27,548 bases of DNA from Candidatus Micrarchaeia archaeon. Its GTDB lineage: Archaea > Micrarchaeota > Micrarchaeia > Anstonellales > J096. The translations under genes were made by a program, and so were the position numbers. The notes beneath the pieces were generated by a model that was given only the letters and a program-made list of their open reading frames with translations, was not told where the DNA came from and did not search any database. Location: assembly GCA_041500405.1 (NCBI GenBank), contig JBGQMB010000008.1, positions 1 through 27,548 on the forward strand. Reading direction: 5' to 3'. This document shows, piece after piece, positions 8,622 to 17,402 of this stretch; the stretch's first letter is position 1; each line of letters starts with the position of its first letter.

Positions 8622-10109
8622 TCAGCCGAACTCGCTTCCCTTCTCCATTTTCTTTGTTGAAAAATCAGCTTGGCCGGCCTTCCACCAGTTCTTGTCGTAT
8701 CTGTCGAACAGCTGCTCCTCTATCGTCTTTGCGTGGTTTATTGCCTCTGCAACGTGCCTTTTCTCTATCAACGGGCTTCCTTCAGAAACCGCGTTGTCGC
8801 CGGACAGGCGCACTATGCCGGAAAGCTTCCTCAGCCTGAGCGTAAGGGACTTCGGCGCATTGTCAACTGCGTCCGCAATCTTCCTTGCCTCCTTTATCAC
8901 ATCGTCAACCGCATCCTTTTTTGCGTGCGGTATCCTCTTGTCCCTGACAATCTCCTGGGCGACAAACTGCACAAGCTTTGCCCTGTATCCCTCTGTGTCA
9001 GGGACCTTCACGTCAAGAAGGACCTCATATCCCTCCCCCCTGATCCTGCTTCTCAATGCCGGGTTTATCTCGGCCAAGTCCGTGACGTTCATTGCGCCAA
9101 CGAAAATGAAGTCGCAAGGCACGCCGTCCACCCTGACTATTGCGCCAGTGCTGGTCGTGTTCCTTCCGACTATCGGGAAGTTCTTGTCCTGCATCGCGGT
9201 AAGTATGCTCTTTTGAAGCGAATAGTCTATTGACGTCAATTCGTCAATGAACAGCACGCCCTCATGCGCGGAATGCACGGCCCCGGGAATCACCCTCAAA
9301 AACGGCGGGATGCCTATCTCCGGATGCCCTCCGTACGGGTCGTGCTGGATATCGCCAATAAGCTCGCTCTCGCTTGCGCCTGTCGCCTGCACGAACGTGC
9401 TCCTGTTTATGGGAACAAGGACCTTCTTCTCGTCCTTTATGTTGCTTGTCGCCTTTTTCAGCTCATCCTGCGTCAGCACCCTTATCTTGCTTTCAAACTG
9501 CTCGTAGATGATTATTTCTTTCTTGCCAAGGGTGTCCCTTTTTTCTGCCTTGACAAACTTCTTTTTTGAGGGCATATCCCTCGTAGGGGCGACAAGGTCG
9601 TTAAACGGGTTTGAGAATGCGGAATGCTTTACCGCGCTGCAATTGGGGCAGATGCCAAGCTCAGGATTGCTTAGCTCCCCGCAGCGGGAGCACCTGAACC
9701 CAAGCTCTTCAGCCACGAATATCGGCGCATCCTGAGGCTCGATTATTTTTCCTACTGAGGGCTTGGACTGTTCCTTTGCTGAAATGTCCTCGCGCCTTTC
9801 AAGCTTGAGTATGGGCCTTTCCGGCTTTCCGGCATTGTGCAAGACTGAAATCTGCATCCTTGGCGCAGGAAGTATTGTTGCGACCGCCCTTGCTATCATG
9901 CTTTTGCCCGTTCCCGGCGGGCCGACAAGGAGAAGGTGCCTTCTTTGCATTGCGGAGACCCTTGCGAACTTCACCGCCCTTTCCTGGCCTATTATGCGCA
10001 GGAACGGGTCGTCCGGAATGGGGATTTCAGACGTGTCGCTGTAGTCGCCGACCGCCTTAAGAAGTTCCTTTTCCGCCATCTCCCTGGCCTTGTCAACATC
10101 GGAAAACAT
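8622..10109 (-). CDS. LonB-family AAA+ ATPase lacking the protease domain, with Zn-ribbon insert (495 aa)
   Basis: LonB N-terminus TSEIPIPDDPFLRIIGQE, Walker A GPPGTGKS, LIGDIQHDPYGG, AHEGVLFIDE, PALRSRIRGEGYEV, LTLRLRKLSGIVR. CSRC...CPNC at 9639-9692. Ends without a Ser-Lys protease domain. Confidence 0.88.
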   Translation of the reverse strand: MFSDVDKAREMAEKELLKAVGDYSDTSEIPIPDDPFLRIIGQERAVKFARVSAMQRRHLLLVGPPGTGKSMIARAVATILPAPRMQISVLHNAGKPERPILKLERREDISAKEQSKPSVGKIIEPQDAPIFVAEELGFRCSRCGELSNPELGICPNCSAVKHSAFSNPFNDLVAPTRDMPSKKKFVKAEKRDTLGKKEIIIYEQFESKIRVLTQDELKKATSNIKDEKKVLVPINRSTFVQATGASESELIGDIQHDPYGGHPEIGIPPFLRVIPGAVHSAHEGVLFIDELTSIDYSLQKSILTAMQDKNFPIVGRNTTSTGAIVRVDGVPCDFIFVGAMNVTDLAEINPALRSRIRGEGYEVLLDVKVPDTEGYRAKLVQFVAQEIVRDKRIPHAKKDAVDDVIKEARKIADAVDNAPKSLTLRLRKLSGIVRLSGDNAVSEGSPLIEKRHVAEAINHAKTIEEQLFDRYDKNWWKAGQADFSTKKMEKGSEFG

Positions 10110-10204
10110 ATGCTCAAATCTTGCCTATATATCTTTATAACGCTTTGCAGAAGGAAAAAAAGAAAAGCGTTTTTAACCTATGCCAGGAATATATTGTCTT
10201 TGTG

Positions 10205-10278
10205 GGGGCCTTGGGGTAACCTGGTTAGCCTGTTGGCTTCGGGAGCCAGAGATCCGAGTTCAAATCTCGGAGGCCCCA
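10205..10278 (+). tRNA. tRNA-Pro, anticodon CGG, intronless, CCA not encoded
   Basis: Acceptor stem GGGGCCT/AGGCCCC plus discriminator A; anticodon arm TTGGC-TTCGGGA-GCCAG; T arm CCGAG-TTCAAAT-CTCGG; TTTTTAA box at about 10171-10177. Confidence 0.95.
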
Positions 10279-10311
10279 CTCTTTATAAAATGTTGAATGC
10301 AAAATAGGGTC

Positions 10312-11010
10312 ATGGCGCAGGAAAGGCACAGGCTTGATTCTAATGTTGACAGAATGCTGGCAGCCTTATTCCGGCAGATGGCGAAAGAGCGGCATAAACT
10401 GGCAGACAAAAAGCTGCCTGCAGAAAAGAAAGCGCTAAGCAGACGTGCGCAGAGAGATCTTAACAACGAGTTAGCATTTGAAGCCCGGACAGGAACCGTA
10501 AGGAAAGTAAAGAAACTGTTGAAGGCCGGCGCAAATATGGAGGCAAGGAGCACCAAGTATGGCTGGACTGCAATCATGAGTGCCGCACTTAACAGCGATA
10601 TGGGGGTCTGCGCACTGCTCATTGAAAAAGGCGCAAAGGTTAATGCAAAGAATAACAGTGGAGTGACCGCGCTCATGCTGACCGCGAGACATGGATTAAC
10701 TGAAACCTGCGCGTTTCTGATACAAAAAGGCGCTGACGTTAAGGCAAAGGACGATATCGGCTTTACGGCCCTGTTTTATGCCGCACAAGGCGACAACCCC
10801 CAAACCTGCGCCCTGCTTCTTGAAAAGGGCGCAGATGTAAACACAAGGGATAAAAGTGGCAAGACTGCGCTCCAGCTTGCCAGATCAAACCACAAAAAGG
10901 AAACGACCGCATTCCTCACTTTGGTGACTTTTGCGCCAAGGATTTTTGCGGACAAGGAAACGCCCAAACTGTTCTATTCCGATTTCAAGGCGTGCGCCGG
11001 AATGCGCTGA
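10312..11010 (+). CDS. Ankyrin-repeat protein (Ank1), basic N-terminal leader, C-terminal FYSDFKAC motif
   Basis: Repeats GWTAIMSAA, GVTALMLTA, GFTALFYAA, GKTALQLA. ATG 10312 preferred over 10297 because TTTATAAAA (about 10282-10290) lies 22-30 nt upstream and MAQE matches Ank5. Confidence 0.93.
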   Translation: MAQERHRLDSNVDRMLAALFRQMAKERHKLADKKLPAEKKALSRRAQRDLNNELAFEARTGTVRKVKKLLKAGANMEARSTKYGWTAIMSAALNSDMGVCALLIEKGAKVNAKNNSGVTALMLTARHGLTETCAFLIQKGADVKAKDDIGFTALFYAAQGDNPQTCALLLEKGADVNTRDKSGKTALQLARSNHKKETTAFLTLVTFAPRIFADKETPKLFYSDFKACAGMR

Positions 11011-11065
11011 AAACTACCGCATCCCGCTACCTTTTATAAACACTTTGCCCCTAAAAGGATATTGC

Positions 11066-12184
11066 ATGAAAATCGGGTTCTTTGTTGACAGGCTGCACCT
11101 TACGGATGGCGTAAGCATAGCCCTTGAACTGCTGAGGAAGGAGCTGGAAGCCCTTGGCCACGACTCGTATGTGTTCTCGCCGGGCGAAAGGAAGAGGAAG
11201 GACGAGAACAAGGACCCGAAGGTGTTCTTTTTCACATCCCCTATATTCAAGGACTATCCTGATTTCAACATTGCGACCTTTCCGAACACGTCCGCATACG
11301 AACTGGCAAAAAAGCTCGACATTGACATAATCCACTCATTTGCGATGGGGACCATGGGCGTTGCTGCCTCAAGCGTGGCAAGCAAGATGGGCAAGCCCTC
11401 CGTCCTTACGGCTTACAGCCTTCCGCACAGGCAGATAGACAGCATGTTCGGCAACGGGCTCGGGTCGCTGGTGCACAAGATATCCTCAAAGTATATGAGA
11501 TGGTACCTTTCAGGCTTCAAGTGCTTCTGCGTCCCTTCAGAATTCGTAAAAAACAGCGTGGAAAAGGAGCTGGGCACAAAGGTCCACGAGACGCTCCCGT
11601 TGGGCATAGACTATGAGGCCGCGAAAGCAGGCCTGGCCTCAAAGAAGGAGAAGGGCAGGTTCGTGTACGCGGGAAAGATCGCCAAGGAGAAGGACCTTGA
11701 CCTTCTGGTCTCCTCAATGCCGTCAATATCCAACAGGCTGAGCGACGCAGAGGTCATGATCTACGGAGAGGGGCCTTACAGGGAGATGCTCATAGAGAAG
11801 GCGATATCGGCGAAGATAGACGACCATGTTTTTGTGGGCTCCTTCCTCACAAAAAGGAGGCTTATGTCGGAACTTTCAAAGGCGTCCCTGTTCCTTTTCC
11901 CTTCACAGACGGATACCCAGAGCCTGTCGCTCATCGAGGCCATGGCGGCCGGAGTTGTCCCGATATGCCCGCAGGAGTCGTGCGCATACGAGCTGGTGAA
12001 GGGAACCGCGCTTGAAAGGTTCAGCTTCAACAACAAGAAGGACTTCTCGGAAAAGGTCGTTTCCGCGTACGGCGACGTCAACGACAAGGACAGGGAGCTT
12101 GCGTCCCAGATAGCGTCCAAATACGACGTCAAAGAGATTGCGAAAAGGCACATTGCCCTTTATGAGTCCCTTTCAAAAAAATGA
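11066..12184 (+). CDS. Glycosyltransferase family 4 (GT-B)
   Basis: MKIGFFVD...DGVSIA...LEALGHD start; YAGKIAKEKDLD; FLFPSQTDTQSLSLIEAMAAGVVPI. Start moved to ATG 11066, 26 nt after TTTTATAAA. Confidence 0.9.
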   Translation: MKIGFFVDRLHLTDGVSIALELLRKELEALGHDSYVFSPGERKRKDENKDPKVFFFTSPIFKDYPDFNIATFPNTSAYELAKKLDIDIIHSFAMGTMGVAASSVASKMGKPSVLTAYSLPHRQIDSMFGNGLGSLVHKISSKYMRWYLSGFKCFCVPSEFVKNSVEKELGTKVHETLPLGIDYEAAKAGLASKKEKGRFVYAGKIAKEKDLDLLVSSMPSISNRLSDAEVMIYGEGPYREMLIEKAISAKIDDHVFVGSFLTKRRLMSELSKASLFLFPSQTDTQSLSLIEAMAAGVVPICPQESCAYELVKGTALERFSFNNKKDFSEKVVSAYGDVNDKDRELASQIASKYDVKEIAKRHIALYESLSKK

Positions 12185-12185
12185 G

Positions 12186-14675
12186 TCATCCTTTCAGCTG
12201 TTTTAGCTTGTTCTCCAGCTCGCCCATTGTCATTATCATCAGGTCCCCGGTGTCAATGTAAAACTTCAGGGCGGAGGAGAGCCTGCTTCCGTCGGATATG
12301 GAGTCGAGGAATCCCTTCTTGGATGTTTCGTCCTCGAATAATATGAAGACCAAGCCGCCTTTTATGAGCTTTCTGAAATTTTCCTTTATGTATCTTATCT
12401 CCTTGGGCTCGTAGAAATACAGGAACAGCGAGTTCCACATGAGCTTCAGCTCGGCATGGTATCCCTTCGTCCTGCCTATCTCGCTGAACGGGATTATGTT
12501 CTCGATGCACATGTCCCTGAGGGACCTGAACATGGCAAGCTGCCTTACGGAGAAGCCGGAATCCTTCTCCCACGACGTTAGGCCGTAGAAATCCATCTCC
12601 TCCTTGACGTATCCCTCTTTTTTCAGCATATCCATTATGTACTCTATGTTGAAGTCGCTTGCGTATATCCTGCTTCCCCTATAGTAAATGTTGGACAGCT
12701 GCCTCTTTATGTCCTGTATGGACACGGGCGTGTATCTCCACTTGTAGAACGTGTTTATGTCCTCGAACATCTTTACGAACGCGTCCCTGCCAAGAGGTAT
12801 CTTTATGGCATCTATTGACGGGAAGTCCGGTATGTCTATGCCGAATGCCATCTCGTCCTTCCTGGCAAGCACGACACCTGCGAAGTATATCAAGAGCGAA
12901 ACAATCCCGATTATTATGTTGGTGGTGCTGAACAGCCTTCCGAGCCCCGTGGTGTCCGGCCTTGTGACAGTCAGCACAGTCTTGTATTCCCCCACTTCGA
13001 CAGTGAAGTTATATTTTCCGACCGGAACCGAGCCGCTGAAATAATCCGACATCGAAACGACGAAGTTCGTCCTTCTTCCCGTAAACGAGTATGATTTGTT
13101 GTTGCAGGAATTGCATGTTACCGTCGCGCTTGCCACCTCCTGCGGGTTGCCCTGCGAGCTGAAGTTGAACGTAAACAAGGCGTCATTGAACTTCGGGATG
13201 ACTCTTACGTCAAGGCCGCCGAACTGGATGAACGTCCTTGCGTACCTTTCCCTTCCTGAAACCTCAAACACATATGGGACTGTGCCAAGCCCGCTGTTGA
13301 TATATTGGTAATATATCGGCGTGTTCAGGTTGGACTGGTCTATGTCCCTCTCGTCCTCCTCGCTTCCGTTTGCGGCCAAGACCGACATTTTCATGTCCAC
13401 GTCTGAGGCCGCGCCGACCGTGCCGCTTGCCACAAGCTCAAACCTTGAGCCCTGGCCGGATATGGAGTATGCAAGGAGCTTGGGCGCCCCGCTTTCCTGG
13501 GCATAGAGCGCTCCGGCGTAGTCCTTGATTGCGGACCTTGTCTCAATCACTGAAAAGGACACATTCTTGGAATTGGAGATGTCATACCTGATTAGCTCGA
13601 AAACATGGCCCCCGAGCTTGAACTTCTCGGAGCCGAAATAGCGGTAGGTTCCCTGCACAGGGTTGGCTATTGCCGCTGCGCCTGGGGCGAATCCAGCCCA
13701 TTCGTCAAACGCGGAGGAGACCTTGAGCGCGTCCATTGCCGCGCCCTTTGCGCTATCCCAGCCGTTCTCAAGCGTGTTGGGCACAAAGACCATCTCCCAT
13801 CCGCAGTTCTTGGGCTGGATGATTGATACGGCGTCAAATATTGTCGTTGCGTCGCCGCCAAGGGTGTAAAGCGCATTTCTCATGCTGAGCGCCTTTATTT
13901 CCCCCTCCGGCTGGCTTTGGAAAGAGACGCCGATGCTTCTCCAAAATGTCATCAGCTGCGCCTCGCTTCCGTCCCCCATGACCTGGACGTCAGGCAGTGC
14001 GCCGATATACATGAATGTTATGCGTTTTGCCCTGTTTTCGCCAAACTGGGAGATTATCCCCTCAGGCGGGTATCCAAATGGCACCATGACAGTGGAGCCC
14101 TCTGCTATCCTCGACAGGTCAGCGTTGTTCAGCACAACGGGGTTGAGGCCGGCTTTCTTTGCCATTCTGACAAACTGGAAAACAAACTCATCAAGCCTGG
14201 ACTCGTTCCTTCCTGTCGAAATGGACCTTGGCAGGATAATGTAGATGTCCTTTGACAGAGGCCTTTCAGTTACATAGATATTCAGGGTGGACGTCGCGTT
14301 CGCCGATGCAGAAAGGCTTATTATATTGACAAGGCTGCTTTTCTTGTCTGCATAGTTGCCGTAGTCTGCATACTGTACGCCTTTTATCTCCATGGACCCA
14401 TACGGCGCCGGGGGCTGCATGTTGAATATCGCGTTTATCTCCGACGCGAATGATGATATGAAAAAGAACAGGCCGATGAAAACAAGCAGGCCGACCATTA
14501 TCGGGATGTAGTTTATGATGTTTATGGGCTTTTTCTCCTCTTCCTCCCCGCCCCCTTTTCTGCGTTTTCCGAACAAGGACTCGCTGATGCCCTCCAAAAG
14601 CGGCTTTTCCACTTTCTTCAGGCGGTATTTGACCTCAAAGGGCCTTAGCAGCTGCAGCCTTATCTTGTCCTTCAT
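12186..14675 (-). CDS. Large two-TM membrane protein (829 aa) with a large predicted extracellular domain; last gene of the VirB4-like operon
   Basis: TM1 YIPIMVGLLVFIGLFFFISSFA and TM2 IIIGIVSLLIYFAGVVLA flank about 500 aa of beta-rich sequence with many N-x-S/T sequons; about 225-aa C-terminal soluble domain. Confidence 0.8.
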   Translation of the reverse strand: MKDKIRLQLLRPFEVKYRLKKVEKPLLEGISESLFGKRRKGGGEEEEKKPINIINYIPIMVGLLVFIGLFFFISSFASEINAIFNMQPPAPYGSMEIKGVQYADYGNYADKKSSLVNIISLSASANATSTLNIYVTERPLSKDIYIILPRSISTGRNESRLDEFVFQFVRMAKKAGLNPVVLNNADLSRIAEGSTVMVPFGYPPEGIISQFGENRAKRITFMYIGALPDVQVMGDGSEAQLMTFWRSIGVSFQSQPEGEIKALSMRNALYTLGGDATTIFDAVSIIQPKNCGWEMVFVPNTLENGWDSAKGAAMDALKVSSAFDEWAGFAPGAAAIANPVQGTYRYFGSEKFKLGGHVFELIRYDISNSKNVSFSVIETRSAIKDYAGALYAQESGAPKLLAYSISGQGSRFELVASGTVGAASDVDMKMSVLAANGSEEDERDIDQSNLNTPIYYQYINSGLGTVPYVFEVSGRERYARTFIQFGGLDVRVIPKFNDALFTFNFSSQGNPQEVASATVTCNSCNNKSYSFTGRRTNFVVSMSDYFSGSVPVGKYNFTVEVGEYKTVLTVTRPDTTGLGRLFSTTNIIIGIVSLLIYFAGVVLARKDEMAFGIDIPDFPSIDAIKIPLGRDAFVKMFEDINTFYKWRYTPVSIQDIKRQLSNIYYRGSRIYASDFNIEYIMDMLKKEGYVKEEMDFYGLTSWEKDSGFSVRQLAMFRSLRDMCIENIIPFSEIGRTKGYHAELKLMWNSLFLYFYEPKEIRYIKENFRKLIKGGLVFILFEDETSKKGFLDSISDGSRLSSALKFYIDTGDLMIMTMGELENKLKQLKG

Positions 14676-14687
14676 CCGCGTTCATCC

Positions 14688-15386
14688 TCAGATTGGCTTT
14701 ACGTAGCCGTTTGATATCATGTCCTGCAGCGCGTTCATGGCCCTTTGCTCATTCACATCATATCTTTGGGAGAATTCCCTGATGTCAAGCTCGCCGTCGT
14801 GGTCCCTTATCCACTCGGTTATCTTGAGCTGGAGAACCTCGTCCGTGAACTTCATGAATTTCTCAAGCTTAGCCTCCGTGGAGGAAAGCCTGTTGCCGAC
14901 CGCGTACAGCTTTTTCGTAAGCTCCTCGTTCTCATGCTTGTAGCTGTTGAGCAGCGCCGTGACCTCGTTCATCCTGCTCTTTAGCTTGTCCCTTTCGATA
15001 TACACTTCCTTTGAGCCGCCCGGTATCATGGATTCCATGTCCTTGACCAGGTTTCCGACCAGCTCCAGCATGAACCCGATGTCCATATCATAATATTGGG
15101 CCGCGACATTGAGGAGCGGGAACACCTTGTTGAGGACCTCCCATTTCCTCACCGCCTCTATCTTGTCAGGCATAGTATAGCCTATGTCTATGCTTCCTGT
15201 CTTGAAGTCAATTATGAAGAATTCCTGCGGCGTTCCCTTTATGTCCTTGGATTCCACATACGCGAGCGAAACCGCGTCCCTTGTCTTGACCAGCATCGCC
15301 TTTTCCCCGACTGCGGCCAGCGCGTCATAGACGTCCTTTGCCTTGCCCTTGAGCGAGGCGTTTATCCTTATGTATCCTGCCCTCAT
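14688..15386 (-). CDS. Hypothetical protein: N-terminal alpha/beta domain, coiled coil, C-terminal winged-helix-like domain (232 aa)
   Basis: Heptads ERDKLKSRMNEVTALLNSYKHENEELTKKL; ITEWIRDHDGELDIREFSQRYDVNEQRAMNALQDMISNGYV; ATGA overlap with the upstream gene. Confidence 0.75.
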   Translation of the reverse strand: MRAGYIRINASLKGKAKDVYDALAAVGEKAMLVKTRDAVSLAYVESKDIKGTPQEFFIIDFKTGSIDIGYTMPDKIEAVRKWEVLNKVFPLLNVAAQYYDMDIGFMLELVGNLVKDMESMIPGGSKEVYIERDKLKSRMNEVTALLNSYKHENEELTKKLYAVGNRLSSTEAKLEKFMKFTDEVLQLKITEWIRDHDGELDIREFSQRYDVNEQRAMNALQDMISNGYVKPI

Positions 15387-15817
15387 TTTTTACCGCCCCT
15401 TTTTTGCGGCTGCGCCTTTTTCGTTTCCTTTCCATCCTCTATTGCCGGGACATAAGTGAAAATCAGGAAAATCGGCACCATCAGCACCAGGAGCACGCCA
15501 AGCAGCAGCGCCCTCAGGATATCGGCAACATCCCCGCTTGAAAGGTTGACCACGAATATTATGACGAAGAACACTGCGGCCAGCGCGGAAAGCAACAGCA
15601 CGTTGCGCTCAAAGCCCTTCCTTTTCTTCATATACTCTTCCTTGTGCTTTTCGCAGACAAACAGCCTGTTGTTTTTCAGCTTCATGCCCAGCTTCTGCTT
15701 TGCCGCTTTCATCAGGTTAAGCACGCGGTCGTCCTTTACCCTGGATGCCTTGCCTCGCACTGTCTCGTGGCCTATTATGCACACATCAGCGTTTTCCGGA
15801 ACGTCGTCAGTCGTCAT
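15383..15817 (-). CDS. Small two-TM membrane protein with N-terminal Cys/His motif (144 aa)
   Basis: CIIGH...CEKH followed by two hydrophobic helices; ATGA overlaps on both sides. Confidence 0.8.
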   Translation of the reverse strand: MTTDDVPENADVCIIGHETVRGKASRVKDDRVLNLMKAAKQKLGMKLKNNRLFVCEKHKEEYMKKRKGFERNVLLLSALAAVFFVIIFVVNLSSGDVADILRALLLGVLLVLMVPIFLIFTYVPAIEDGKETKKAQPQKRGGKK

Positions 15818-17394
15818 TTCCTTTCATCCTCCAAAACGACCTGGGAAATCGAGGACGAGGTCTTGCCCTCCTTCCTGAAGTCCGCTTTCGTGAATATGTT
15901 GATTATGACAGTGTCGTCAATCCCCAATTCCTTCAGGAACGTGCTCATTATCCTCCTGTTGACGCCCATCCTCTCAAGCGTGACCACGAACGTTATCACG
16001 TCAACGTGCCTGCTGCTTTTCTCGAAGAGGTTGACAACGTCGTCAATCTTCTGCTCGTCAACGCCTATGGACCTGAGCTTGTTCCTTACTTCCTCTTTTC
16101 TTACCGAAATTGTATATGCCATTGCACCACCCTTCTTCTTTGCCATGACCTCCTTGAGGTCAATGAAATACTCCTTGAGCGGCTCTTCGCCCGCTATCTT
16201 TCCCACTATGAACGTCATTGGGAAGCTTTCCGGCGTGTGGAACGCCATATTGACCGCAGCCTGCCCCACGCCAAATTCCCTTATCCTGTTCCGTATGTAG
16301 TTGCTGAAGTTGAGCGTTCCCTGGAGATAGTCCAGGTACTTCTCGAACTTCACCTTGAGTATGAACGTTGTTCCCACGTTGCTGAATATGACCTCGCTGA
16401 TGTCGGTCGGGTTTTGGCTCGCGATTATCAGCGCGAAGTTGTATTTTCTTCCTTCGCGGACTATCATGACCGCGTCGCTGTTGGGGTCGCTTGATATTTT
16501 CCACGCCTCGTCCAGCACCGTGATAAGCTTAAGCCCCTTTGTCGCGGACCAGCCTTCCAGCCTCATCCTTTCCTTGATGAATTGCAGTATCGTGAGCCCG
16601 CCGAGCGCCCTCATTGTCTCGTCCGGGAGCCCGCTCAGGTCTATGTCGACAAGGCCTGCCGACGTAAGGCTCGCAAGGTCGACCGTGCTCTTGTTTGCGA
16701 AGAAGTCCTCGCCCGGCTTCGTGAACCTCTTGAGCCTGTAAATGCAGTTGTCAAGCTCCGCCGGAAACTCATATGTCCCAAGCTGGGACCTTTCCTCCAG
16801 TATCGCGACAACGTCCTTGAGCGTGGGCGCCTCCAGCGCCCTGCCGAGCTCGTCCTTCTGCTCATTGCTGTCCATCTTGAACTTGGCCTTCTTGTATGCC
16901 TGCTCTATGGCCTCTTCCGTGAGCCTCTTCTGCTCCGGGTAGTTCTCCATGTCCGTGAGCAGGGCAAGCGTCCTCATGACCTGCTTTATCCTGTCATACG
17001 GCTTCATGCCGCCGAGGTCAAGCAGGTTCAGGTAGTTGGCCCTTCCGAGCTGGATTATCTTTCCGCCTGTCTGCATCACCCAGTCCTTGTATTCCCCGGC
17101 CCAGTCTATGATTATCGCGTTTGAGTTCCAGACAAAGCTGGCCCTGACCAGCAGCGTCTTGATGAAATAGGACTTTCCGCTTCCTGAAATCCCGACTATC
17201 GCTATGTGCGGGTTGGTTATGATGTTATAATCCCAGAAGAACGGCGCGTTCAGCCCGTCCGTCTTTCCCACATAAAGCGAGTTCATGGGATCGCGGAACA
17301 GTATGTGCATCGGCGGCTCCGGCGCATGCGTGAGAATGTTCCTTCTTGACAGCTCAGTGTTGTTTATGCGGAACATCGTCAGCTGGGTCGCCAT
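15814..17394 (-). CDS. VirB4/HerA-FtsK superfamily ATPase (526 aa)
   Basis: NPHIAIVGISGSGKS, IIIDWAGEY, LNLLDL, PTLKDV, Walker B VLDEAWK, VREGRKYNFALIIASQNPTD; extra about 100-aa helical C-terminal domain. Confidence 0.9.
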   Translation of the reverse strand: MATQLTMFRINNTELSRRNILTHAPEPPMHILFRDPMNSLYVGKTDGLNAPFFWDYNIITNPHIAIVGISGSGKSYFIKTLLVRASFVWNSNAIIIDWAGEYKDWVMQTGGKIIQLGRANYLNLLDLGGMKPYDRIKQVMRTLALLTDMENYPEQKRLTEEAIEQAYKKAKFKMDSNEQKDELGRALEAPTLKDVVAILEERSQLGTYEFPAELDNCIYRLKRFTKPGEDFFANKSTVDLASLTSAGLVDIDLSGLPDETMRALGGLTILQFIKERMRLEGWSATKGLKLITVLDEAWKISSDPNSDAVMIVREGRKYNFALIIASQNPTDISEVIFSNVGTTFILKVKFEKYLDYLQGTLNFSNYIRNRIREFGVGQAAVNMAFHTPESFPMTFIVGKIAGEEPLKEYFIDLKEVMAKKKGGAMAYTISVRKEEVRNKLRSIGVDEQKIDDVVNLFEKSSRHVDVITFVVTLERMGVNRRIMSTFLKELGIDDTVIINIFTKADFRKEGKTSSSISQVVLEDERK

Positions 17395-17402
17395 GGTCGC
17401 AC

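Noticed and set aside
10205..11060. Integrated element at tRNA-Pro carrying Ank1
   Set aside because: No integrase and no duplicated tRNA 3' end found; the similarity between 10274-10290 and 11023-11041 is explained by TATA boxes
15814..17394. DNA-repair HerA helicase
   Set aside because: No N-terminal HAS barrel and no nurA/mre11/rad50; the neighbours are membrane proteins
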